Shown: positions 1 to 8,326 of the stretch, one piece after another
Layout of the letters: each line of letters begins with the position of its first letter
How positions within the stretch are numbered: the first letter of the stretch is position 1
Made by a program: the position numbers and the translations under genes
Source of the DNA: Sedimentisphaerales bacterium
GTDB taxonomy: Bacteria; Planctomycetota; Phycisphaerae; Sedimentisphaerales; Anaerobacaceae
DNA length: 64,000 bases
Direction: 5' to 3'
Assembly (NCBI GenBank): GCA_963708075.1
Contig: OY970194.1
Span: forward strand, 384,001-448,000
Notes under the pieces: generated by a model
What the model was told of the DNA's origin: nothing
The model's input: only the letters and a program-made list of their open reading frames with translations
The model's database searches: none

Positions 1-691
1 TGCAGGAAATGGGCATGAGCCGTGACCGCTTCAAGGAATACAAGAAGAAGCAGCTCCTCAGCCGGTACTATGTCCTCTCAAAGTTCCCGTACAACCGGCC
101 GATTACCCATCGCGAGCTCGTCGAGTACTACGACAAGATGAAGGCGGAAAGCTTCTTCCAGCCCGCGGCCATCCAGTTCCGGCTCATCGATATCCAGATC
201 ACGAAAATGCCGCTCTCTGATGCGAATGACGACCCGATCCTGGCAGCTCGGACCCTGGCGAAGAGCGTGATGGAGCGAGCCAACGCGGGAGAAGATTTCG
301 GCGAGTTGGCGAAGAAGTGCTCGCATGAGCCCAGGGCGCCTCCGGCGGATTGTGGCCGGAGATGGATCCGGATGCGCTGGCCGCGCCGTACGATGTGCTG
401 GGCGAGAAAGCAAAGGAGATGAAGCCGGGCGAGGTCGCTGGCCCTATCGAGGCGCTCGATCACATGTTCATCATGAAGCTGGAGAAGAAACAGGAGGAAG
501 GCTATCGGCCTTTGACCGAGGTCCAGGCTGAAGTGGAGGAGCAGATCATGACCGATCGCCGCAGCGAAGCTTCGAACCAGCTCAAAGAGGAGATCAAGCA
601 GTTGACTGCCGCCGGGAATACGGACCGTTTCGTTGAATATTGCCTGCAAGACTTGTACCGTCAGGCCAACACGCCGGCTCAGGCCCGGTAG
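1..691 (+). CDS. PpiC/SurA-type peptidyl-prolyl isomerase, 5'-partial, one frameshift near 340
   Basis: ORF 9..422 carries the rotamase motif 'GEDFGELAKKCSH'. It continues in ORF 350..691 as 'GGLWPEM...MKPGEVAGPIE...FIMKL'. Confidence 0.8.
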
Positions 692-695
692 TACC

Positions 696-1094
696 ATGGA
701 AATTATCGCTCACGGCATAGATCTGGTGGATTTCCCCCGCATCGCGGATATGGTCGAGCGGCACGGGGACCGGTTCGTCAACCGCGTCTTCACCGCCGCC
801 GAGCAGGGGTACGCACGCTCGAATCGCAACACGGTCGAGAAATACGCCGGCCGCTTCGCTGCCAAGGAGGCTATCCTCAAGCTCCTGGGCACCGGGTGGC
901 GGGGCAAGATCGCCTGGACGGACATCGAGGTGACGAACAATGCTGCCGGCCGGCCCGATGTGACGTTGTCCGGAGAAGTGAAGGTGATCGCCGACCGCAT
1001 GGGGATCGAGCACATCAGCATCAGCATTACGCACACGGCCAATTTCGCGATTGCCTCGGCTGTCGCACTGACTGCATCACATGAGGATAAATGA
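696..1094 (+). CDS. acpS: holo-[acyl-carrier-protein] synthase
   Basis: Motifs 'GIDLV', 'RVFTAAE', 'AGRFAAKEAILK.LGTG' and 'ISITH'. ATG at 696. Confidence 0.95.
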   Translation: MEIIAHGIDLVDFPRIADMVERHGDRFVNRVFTAAEQGYARSNRNTVEKYAGRFAAKEAILKLLGTGWRGKIAWTDIEVTNNAAGRPDVTLSGEVKVIADRMGIEHISISITHTANFAIASAVALTASHEDK

Positions 1095-2928
1095 CTTTGA
1101 TTGTATCGTCATAGGAGGTGGGCACGCCGGCATTGAGGCGGCACATGCGGCCGCGACGATCGGGGCCCGAACCTGCCTGCTCACGCTGAGCAAGGCCACC
1201 ATCGGCAAGATGAGCTGCAACCCAGCCGTCGGCGGTCTCGGCAAGGGGCAGATCGCCCGCGAGGTCGACGCCCTCGGCGGCCTGATGGGCCTGGCGACGG
1301 ACGCGACCGGCATCCAGTTCCGCCTGCTCAACCGCTCGAAAGGCCCGGCCGTCCGCGCCCCGCGGGCCCAGACGGATAAGTACAAGTACCAGGATTTCAT
1401 GCGGCAGTGCCTCGAAGGGACACCCAACCTGACAATCGTCGAGGCGATGGCTTCTGAGGTACTGACACAGGGCTTGCAGGTCTGCGGCGTCCGATGCGCC
1501 GACGGCAGGACTCTCTCCGCCGCGACGGTGATTCTCACGACGGGCACGTTCCTTCGCGGTCTGATGCACGTCGGCACGGAACAGTCTCCGGGCGGCCGGC
1601 TGGGGGAACCGGCGGCGAACGAGCTGTCGGAGAGTCTCGAACGGATCGGACTGGAGGTGGGACGGCTCAAGACCGGCACGCCGGTCCGCCTCGACGCATC
1701 CACGGTCGATCTGGACAAGTTGGAAATCCAGCATGGCGACCCGGACCCCATGCCGTTCTCGTTTCTGACCGACAGGATTGACCGGTCCCAGACGCCGTGC
1801 TGGATCACGTACACGAATCAAGCTATCCACCAGCTTATTCGCGACAACCTGAGCCGTGCGCCGCTCTACACCGGCCAGATCAAGTCCATCGGCCCGCGGT
1901 ATTGCCCAAGTATCGAGACAAAGATCATCCGCTTTGCCGACAAGGACCGCCACCAGGTGTTCCTGGAACCGGAGGACGAGGCCCGCACGACCATCTACTG
2001 CAACGGGATCAGCACGTCGCTGCCGAAGGACGTGCAGGAGCAGATGCTCAAGCTCATGCCGGGCACGGAGCACGCCCGCATAGTGCATTATGCCTACGCG
2101 ATCGAATACGATTACTGTCCCCCGGTGCAACTGCAGCCGAGCCTGGAGACAAGACGGATTGCCGGACTGTTCCTGGCCGGACAGATCAACGGCACCAGCG
2201 GCTACGAGGAGGCGGCCGGCCAGGGCATCATCGCCGGGATCAACGCCGCCCGCAAGCTCCAGGGCAAAGAGCCTCTGGTATTGGGCCGCGACCAGGCATA
2301 CATCGGCGTCCTCATCGACGACCTGCTCACCCGGGGAATCGACGAGCCGTACCGCATGTTCACCTCTCGCGCGGAGCATCGGCTGACTCTTCGTTCGGAC
2401 AACGCCGACAGAAGACTGACCGCCATCGGCCGGGCCGTCGGGCTTGTCGATCAGAACCGCTACGACAAATTCCAAAGCAAGCTTGATGCCACAGAAAGCC
2501 TCAAACAGTACCTGCAGGGCACGCGTCCGGGCGGCATAAGTCTGTGGGACCTCCTGCGCCGACCCGACAGCGACATGCCTGAGAAATTGTTCGAGCTACC
2601 CGAAGTCAAGTCGGGTGGATATGGGCCGGACGTGTTGGAAGCCGTGATCGTCGATGCAAAATATGAAGGCTATCTGGCCAAGCAGGAGCGGCTCATCGCC
2701 CAACAGCGCAGCCTCGACAGCAAGGAGATTCCGGCGGACTTGGACTACACAACGATAGAGCACCTGCGGGTGGAGGCGAAGGAGAAACTCACGGCGTTCA
2801 AACCCGCCACGCTCGGCCACACCTCGCGCATCAGCGGCATCACCCCGGCCGATGTCACGGTGATCCAGATTCACCTGAGGAGATACTTTGGCGAGAAGTG
2901 TCGCCGCGAGGGGGAAACTGACGCATAG
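1081..2928 (+). CDS. mnmG: tRNA uridine-5-carboxymethylaminomethyl modification enzyme MnmG/GidA
   Basis: '[12 protein letters not shown]', 'MSCNPAVGG', 'GPRYCPSIE', '[17 protein letters not shown]', '[11 protein letters not shown]'. Confidence 0.98.
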   Translation: MRINDFDCIVIGGGHAGIEAAHAAATIGARTCLLTLSKATIGKMSCNPAVGGLGKGQIAREVDALGGLMGLATDATGIQFRLLNRSKGPAVRAPRAQTDKYKYQDFMRQCLEGTPNLTIVEAMASEVLTQGLQVCGVRCADGRTLSAATVILTTGTFLRGLMHVGTEQSPGGRLGEPAANELSESLERIGLEVGRLKTGTPVRLDASTVDLDKLEIQHGDPDPMPFSFLTDRIDRSQTPCWITYTNQAIHQLIRDNLSRAPLYTGQIKSIGPRYCPSIETKIIRFADKDRHQVFLEPEDEARTTIYCNGISTSLPKDVQEQMLKLMPGTEHARIVHYAYAIEYDYCPPVQLQPSLETRRIAGLFLAGQINGTSGYEEAAGQGIIAGINAARKLQGKEPLVLGRDQAYIGVLIDDLLTRGIDEPYRMFTSRAEHRLTLRSDNADRRLTAIGRAVGLVDQNRYDKFQSKLDATESLKQYLQGTRPGGISLWDLLRRPDSDMPEKLFELPEVKSGGYGPDVLEAVIVDAKYEGYLAKQERLIAQQRSLDSKEIPADLDYTTIEHLRVEAKEKLTAFKPATLGHTSRISGITPADVTVIQIHLRRYFGEKCRREGETDA

Positions 2929-2932
2929 GACC

Positions 2933-3952
2933 ATGCTGCAACTCTCGGATAACATCTACAATCGCAGCGTAGCTCGTGATGAGCCGAAGTTCAAGCTCTG
3001 GCGATCAGCGGGGCTGCTGCTGACCTACAAGTGCAACGCGGCGTGCGAGTTCTGCTATTACAACTGCTCGCCCCAGAAGGGCGGGCTGATGCCTGTAGAA
3101 ACCTGTATCGCCGCGTGGAGGTCGCTCAAGACACTCGCCGGCGATCAGGCCAAAATCCATCTGACCGGCGGGGAGGTGTCTCTCTACTGGGATCATGTCG
3201 TCAGACTCCTGTCCGAGGCAAAGAATCAGGACCTCGGCCCCGTCGATATGATCGAGACCAATGGTTTCTGGGCAGGGAACGACCATCTTGTGGCGGATCG
3301 TCTCAATACACTGATCGAACTGGGCGTACAGCGGCTGAAGATCAGCGTCGATCCGTTCCATCAGGAGTACGTGGACATCGTGCCGGTGCGTCGGCTGGCC
3401 CAAAAGGCCGGGGAAATGCTTGGGTCGGACCGTGTCCTGGTTCGTTGGGAGAAATACCTTACCGAGTGCGGAATGCGGAGTGCGGAATGCGGAGTGCAGG
3501 AGCGGGACAGAGCATATATCCAGGCGTATCACGACTACCCGTTCCGTTTCACCGGCCGGGCGGCGGGGCAGGTGGCCGATCTACTGGCCTCGCAACCGGC
3601 TCAGGCCTTTGCCGACGACAATTGTCTGACGGGTTTCCTCGGCGCCAAGGGCGTTCACATCGATCCATACGGCAACATCTTCAGCGGCACGTGCAGCGGG
3701 ATCGTTCTCGGTAATGTCAATGAGAAACCACTGGAGGAAATCTGGAAGCAGTTTCACCCGGCACAGAACGCGTTCATTCGGACCCTTTGCGAAAGGGGCC
3801 CGTACGGACTGCTTGAGCAGGCCAAGACGCTCGGCTACGAGGCATTGCCCGCCTACGCGAGTAAATGCCACCTCTGCACGCACATCCGCCGATTTCTGTT
3901 TGCGAAGCACGAGGTCCTATCGACTCTCGGCCCCGCCGACTGCTATACGTAA
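2933..3952 (+). CDS. radical SAM protein with C-terminal SPASM-like Cys cluster
   Basis: CxxxCxxC 'CNAACEFC', 'LTGGE', 'IETNG'; C-terminal cysteines including 'CHLC'. Confidence 0.9.
   Translation: MLQLSDNIYNRSVARDEPKFKLWRSAGLLLTYKCNAACEFCYYNCSPQKGGLMPVETCIAAWRSLKTLAGDQAKIHLTGGEVSLYWDHVVRLLSEAKNQDLGPVDMIETNGFWAGNDHLVADRLNTLIELGVQRLKISVDPFHQEYVDIVPVRRLAQKAGEMLGSDRVLVRWEKYLTECGMRSAECGVQERDRAYIQAYHDYPFRFTGRAAGQVADLLASQPAQAFADDNCLTGFLGAKGVHIDPYGNIFSGTCSGIVLGNVNEKPLEEIWKQFHPAQNAFIRTLCERGPYGLLEQAKTLGYEALPAYASKCHLCTHIRRFLFAKHEVLSTLGPADCYT
3464..3498 (+). repeat. in-frame heptamer tandem repeat (GA[AG]TGCG) x5 inside the radical SAM gene
   Basis: gagtgcg gaatgcg gagtgcg gaatgcg gagtgca, encoding '[12 protein letters not shown]'. 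Confidence 0.9.
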
Positions 3953-4049
3953 CTGACAGGCTGAGATATCGTGAGCGGGTCCGGGCAGAAGGTGTGCCGC
4001 GGCTTGCATCCTGCCGCCAAAAAATTCTGAGAAATCTGCAAGATTGTGA

Positions 4050-4101
4050 TTGACTCTACGTGTTACAAATGTAACATTAGAGTTATGTTACAAGTGTAAC
4101 A
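4050..4101 (+). promoter_or_regulatory. promoter overlapped by two BlaI/CopY-type operators
   Basis: TTGACT at 4050. Palindromes TGTTACA-AA-TGTAACA (4061-4076) and TGTTACA-AG-TGTAACA (4086-4101), both with the TACAnnTGTA core. Confidence 0.9.
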
Positions 4102-4119
4102 GTAGATAAGGAGCCAGCA

Positions 4120-4518
4120 ATGAGAAAGGTACCTCGAATTTCGGAGTCGGAGTGGGAGGTCATGAAAGTCCTGTGGGAGAGCTCGCCTTTGACGGCCAAT
4201 GACATCGTGGAGGTCTTGTCCAAGCGGGCATCCTGGCAGCGGGAGACGATCCGGACCCTGATCAACCGGCTCGTGCAGAAAAAGGCGGTGCGCTTCGAGA
4301 AGAAGGGGCGCCAACATCATTACTATCCGGCGGTGGTGGAAACCGAATGCATCAAGGCCCAGACCCGCTCCTTTCTCCGGCGGTTTCGGGCCGGCGCGAT
4401 CGAGCCGATGCTGGCGGCGTTGGTCGAGGAGGAGCGGCTGTCCGCCGAGCAGATTGCCCGTCTCAAAGAGATACTCGATGGGAAAGACGCGAGTGGAAAG
4501 CGTCGCAAGCCGCAGTGA
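4120..4518 (+). CDS. BlaI/MecI/CopY family transcriptional repressor
   Basis: 'ISESEWEVMKVLW', 'W..ETIRTLINRLVQK', 'LSAEQIARLKEIL'; AAGGAG RBS upstream. Confidence 0.95.
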   Translation: MRKVPRISESEWEVMKVLWESSPLTANDIVEVLSKRASWQRETIRTLINRLVQKKAVRFEKKGRQHHYYPAVVETECIKAQTRSFLRRFRAGAIEPMLAALVEEERLSAEQIARLKEILDGKDASGKRRKPQ

Positions 4519-4544
4519 CATGTTCCGTGTCGAAAGGGGAGCCT

Positions 4545-7511
4545 GTGGAATCGCTTGATACGAATCTCAACGTATTGTTTCAGTGGCTGCTGCGAGCCAC
4601 CGTTCAAGGCAGTCTGCTGGCCTGTTTGATTCTCGCGATCAAGCTCGTGCTGCGGGAGAGGCTGCCGGCTCGCTGGCACTATTGTCTCTGGCTGGTCCTG
4701 CTCGTGCGTCTGTCCCTGCCCTGGGCGCCCCAGAGTCACCTGAGCATCTACAACTTGATCCCGCGGTTGCTTCCGTCCCACCATGCGATCCCGGTCCCAA
4801 CCGACGGTGCGCGGTCGGATATTATGGGTGGGAAGCCGGGCACTTTGGGACAGGAGGGGACCACAGGGCTTGCATTGTCCGGTGCGCAAGGCGAAGCACC
4901 GCAGCGAGGGCGAGGCGGGGTTGCGGTCTCCGCCCCGCCGGCCGCCGCGTTGCCGCAAAGCGACATCGCGTCCGATGTGGGCCGTCGTTCGTTTGCTGAG
5001 TCTGCGGCCGGCGTTGTGCCATGGCTGTGGCTCTGCGGCTGTCTGGCGTTGGGCGGGTACATCTTCGTCAGGGCTTTCAGCCTGTGGCGAGCTGTCGCGT
5101 CCGAGCGGCCGGTGACCGATCAGCAGATCCTTGATCTTCTGGAGGACTGCAAGATGCAGATGCGCATCCGGACCCTGGTGGGCGTGGTCGTCACCGACAA
5201 GGTCCGGACGCCGGCCCTTTACGGCTTCCTCCGTCCGCGCATCCTGCTGCCGCAGGGCCTGATCGAAACCCTGGGCCTCGACGAGCTGCACTACGTTTTC
5301 CTTCATGAGCTTGCGCACCTCAAGCGGCGGGACATTTATCTGGCGTGGCTGGTTTGTCTGCTCCAGGTGCTCCACTGGTTCAATCCGCTCATTTGGCTAG
5401 CGTTTCGCCGGATGCGGGCCGACCAGGAGATGGCTGCCGATGCCCTGGCTCTCTCGGCTGCCGGGACCGAAGAATCCCGCCGCTACGGCCAAACGATCCT
5501 CAGTCTTCTCGAACGTTTCTCCCAGCCCCAGTATTTGCCCTCTCTGGCCGGGATCTTAGAAAACCCCTCTCATATCGAAAGGAGAATCCAAATGATTGCC
5601 AGATTCAAGGGAACCACACGTAGACCGTTGCCGGCCATGGTGCTCCTGGCCGTTCTGGGGCTGATCACGTTGACCGAGGCACAGAACACGTCGCAAGGCG
5701 GCAAGCCCGCGTCCCAGCCGGAGGAGAATACAGGCTTCGCGCCGGACAGGAATGCGCCTGTCGCGCCGCAGGCGACCGGTGTGTCTGCCACCGAAACGGC
5801 CTCTCTCGGCGGGGGACTCGTCGCACGCCGGGTTCTCGCAGACGCCTCCGGCGTCAGCGGGGTCTTGACCCCGGATGGCAAATACATCAGCAGCATGGAC
5901 AAGACCACGGGTGACATGGTCCAGTTCGAAGTTGCCAGCGGCCAGACGAGCCGAATCACAAACAGGGGGCCCGCTCCCGAGAAGGGGGATGTCTACGAGT
6001 TGCCAGTGTACTCACGCGACGGAAAACAAATCGCGTACTGCTCGTATACGAAGGAGAATGACTGGGGCCCTCAACTGCGGATTAGAAACCTGGATGGTTC
6101 GGGCCTTCGCACACTCTACAGTGAGAAAGGCGTGGCTAACATTATGCCAATGGACTGGTCGCCTGACGCGGGGTCCATCCTCGCACAATGCAGTCGTAAC
6201 AAGACTCCCGCGGTCCGCGCGATGGAACTAACGCTGATCTCGACAGGAGACGGCTCGGTACGCGTCCTGAAGAGTATTCAAGCGCCCATGTTCTGGTCTC
6301 AAAGGGCCAGTTTCTCGCCCGATGGGCAATATGTCGCGTTCAGTTTTGTGCGTGAGGGCAGCCCGCCCCATGGCGAAGTTTTCTTGATGACCGCCGATGG
6401 CCGCAATGAGGTCGTTGTTGCCGGGCACCCCGCGGAGGATAGACTGCTTGCATGGACACCGGACGGGAGAAGCCTTATCTTCCTCAGCGACCGCTCGGGG
6501 ACATGGGACCTCTGGACCGTCGCCATCACCGGGGGCAAGCAGCACGGAGAACCAGAACTGCTGAAAAAGGACTTCGGCGATAAGAACTTCGTCCTTAATG
6601 CAGAGGTTCTTGGCTTTGCACCTGGCGGCTCCTTTTATTACAAGACTCAAACCTCTTCAGGTCGTCTCTACACGGGTGAGGTCGACCTTGAAACCGGTAA
6701 GGTACTCTCGCCACCCGCGCCGGTCGCGACGCGTTATACCGGCCTACCGGCACAGCCAACATGGTCACCCGACGGCAGGAACTTGCTCTACATTTCAGGT
6801 TGGGGAAACAGCGGTCCCGCCATCCTCACAATCCGGTCCGCCGCAACCGGGGAAGAGCGCTTTCTGTCGCGTCGTCTTCGTTTCGTTAACCAGATCTCCT
6901 GGGCGCCGGACGGCCGTTCCATCATCGCGCTCGGGACTACCGAGAAGGAAACTGGAATCTTCCGAATTGACGCTGAAACAGGCGAGATCACCAGGTTGGC
7001 AGATGCACACCTGTGGCCCAAGCTCTGTCCGGATGGGAAGACCTTGGTGTTCGCGACGGATGGGCCAATCATCAGGAAACGGAACCTCGACACCGGTGAG
7101 GAGTCGGAAGTTGCCAAGGTAGGGGCAATGTCCTATGACCTCTCGCCGGACGGCCGGGAAGTAGTGTTCCAGGTGGACGATGCTGTAAAAACCGTGTCCC
7201 TCAACGGAGGGGAGCCGCGGGAACTGTTTCGCGGTTTGGCGCAGCGGTACGCCGGGCTGAGTTGGACGAGGGAGGGCCGTTACATCATTGCCCGGGCACC
7301 CGCGAGTGGTGAAATCTGGCGGGTTCCGGCGCAGGGCGGGACGCCGCTGAAGCTGGACCTCTCCGTTCCAAAAATGTTGTCCTTCGCCGCGCTTGCGCTT
7401 CACCCGGACAACCGCCGCTTTGCGTTCAGCGTCAATGAGGGGTCCAAGAGCGAGCTGTGGGTGCTGGAAAACTTCCTGCCGGCGGGCATGGGTGCGAAGG
7501 ACTCGAAATAG
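4545..7511 (+). CDS. BlaR1-type M56 membrane metallopeptidase with C-terminal TolB-like (PD40) beta-propeller domain
   Basis: N-terminal TM helices, 'LHELAHLKRRD' (HExxH), 'HWFNPLIW', 'EMAAD'. Repeated 'WSPDG/FSPDG' blades. GTG at 4545 follows AAAGGGGA. Confidence 0.9.
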   Translation: MESLDTNLNVLFQWLLRATVQGSLLACLILAIKLVLRERLPARWHYCLWLVLLVRLSLPWAPQSHLSIYNLIPRLLPSHHAIPVPTDGARSDIMGGKPGTLGQEGTTGLALSGAQGEAPQRGRGGVAVSAPPAAALPQSDIASDVGRRSFAESAAGVVPWLWLCGCLALGGYIFVRAFSLWRAVASERPVTDQQILDLLEDCKMQMRIRTLVGVVVTDKVRTPALYGFLRPRILLPQGLIETLGLDELHYVFLHELAHLKRRDIYLAWLVCLLQVLHWFNPLIWLAFRRMRADQEMAADALALSAAGTEESRRYGQTILSLLERFSQPQYLPSLAGILENPSHIERRIQMIARFKGTTRRPLPAMVLLAVLGLITLTEAQNTSQGGKPASQPEENTGFAPDRNAPVAPQATGVSATETASLGGGLVARRVLADASGVSGVLTPDGKYISSMDKTTGDMVQFEVASGQTSRITNRGPAPEKGDVYELPVYSRDGKQIAYCSYTKENDWGPQLRIRNLDGSGLRTLYSEKGVANIMPMDWSPDAGSILAQCSRNKTPAVRAMELTLISTGDGSVRVLKSIQAPMFWSQRASFSPDGQYVAFSFVREGSPPHGEVFLMTADGRNEVVVAGHPAEDRLLAWTPDGRSLIFLSDRSGTWDLWTVAITGGKQHGEPELLKKDFGDKNFVLNAEVLGFAPGGSFYYKTQTSSGRLYTGEVDLETGKVLSPPAPVATRYTGLPAQPTWSPDGRNLLYISGWGNSGPAILTIRSAATGEERFLSRRLRFVNQISWAPDGRSIIALGTTEKETGIFRIDAETGEITRLADAHLWPKLCPDGKTLVFATDGPIIRKRNLDTGEESEVAKVGAMSYDLSPDGREVVFQVDDAVKTVSLNGGEPRELFRGLAQRYAGLSWTREGRYIIARAPASGEIWRVPAQGGTPLKLDLSVPKMLSFAALALHPDNRRFAFSVNEGSKSELWVLENFLPAGMGAKDSK

Positions 7512-7687
7512 TCGATGTGCCGGCGAACTCGAAGCGGGCGGCATCCAACTCTCCGAGGGTGCTGGGTGCAGGCAGCGCTGCCGCCGTCACCGAGTCTCGG
7601 TTCGCTTGATTCAGGACAGGTACTTCGCCAGGAACGTTGTCATATACCGATTACGCATGAGTCTTTCGTAACGTATCATCAAGCTTT

Positions 7688-7768
7688 GGGTGGCAGCGAC
7701 AAGCGCACGCTTGCCGATGGTTTGCCCATCCGCCATCGGCAAAGCCTTCGGCCTTGCCGCTGCCACCC
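7688..7768. repeat. REP-like palindromic element (GGGTGGCAGCG...CGCTGCCACCC family)
   Basis: 11-bp terminal inverted repeat plus internal hairpins; a second copy lies at 50918-51005. Confidence 0.85.
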
Positions 7769-7880
7769 GGAGATACGAAATACTCAGCCGTAATCGGTAT
7801 TACTCACGCCCCCAAATCCTCGATTTCACCACGAGAATGCAGATCTTGCCGTGACTCGCAAAAAATTCCCGATTTTTCCG

Positions 7881-7932
7881 TTGACCACATGACTACAAGT
7901 GTAATATGCTCGCTATGACTACTATTGTAATC
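7881..7932 (+). promoter_or_regulatory. promoter with two BlaI-type operators
   Basis: TTGACC (7881) and TATGCT (7905). Operators TACA-AG-TGTA (7894-7903) and degenerate TACT-AT-TGTA (7920-7929), each flanked by GAC and AT. Confidence 0.8.
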
Positions 7933-7946
7933 AAAGGAGAACCACG

Positions 7947-8324
7947 ATGAAGAAGATGCCGAGGATTGCGGAATCGGAATGGAGAGTCATGCAGGTGCTG
8001 TGGGAGCACGGACCCCAGACCGCCAATGAGGTGATCCATGCGCTGTCCGGGGAGGTGAAATGGAAATCGAGGACGATCAAGACGCTGATCAGCAGGCTCG
8101 TGAGAAAGGGCGCCGTCAGATTCCGAGAGGAAGGGAACAAGTACAGGTACTTTCCTGCGGTCAAGGAGTCTGAGTGCATTCGTTCGGAGACGCAGTCCTT
8201 CGTCCATCGCGTGTACCAGGGGGCGATGAAGCCGGCGCTCGCGGCCTTCCTGGAAGACGTGGACTTGTCCCCCCGGGAGATCGATGAACTGCAGAAGATC
8301 CTTGACCAAAAGAGAAAGGGATAA
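7947..8324 (+). CDS. BlaI/MecI/CopY family transcriptional repressor (second copy)
   Basis: 'IAESEWRVMQVLW', 'WKSRTIKTLISRLVRKG', 'LSPREIDELQKIL'. Confidence 0.95.
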   Translation: MKKMPRIAESEWRVMQVLWEHGPQTANEVIHALSGEVKWKSRTIKTLISRLVRKGAVRFREEGNKYRYFPAVKESECIRSETQSFVHRVYQGAMKPALAAFLEDVDLSPREIDELQKILDQKRKG

Positions 8325-8326
8325 CG

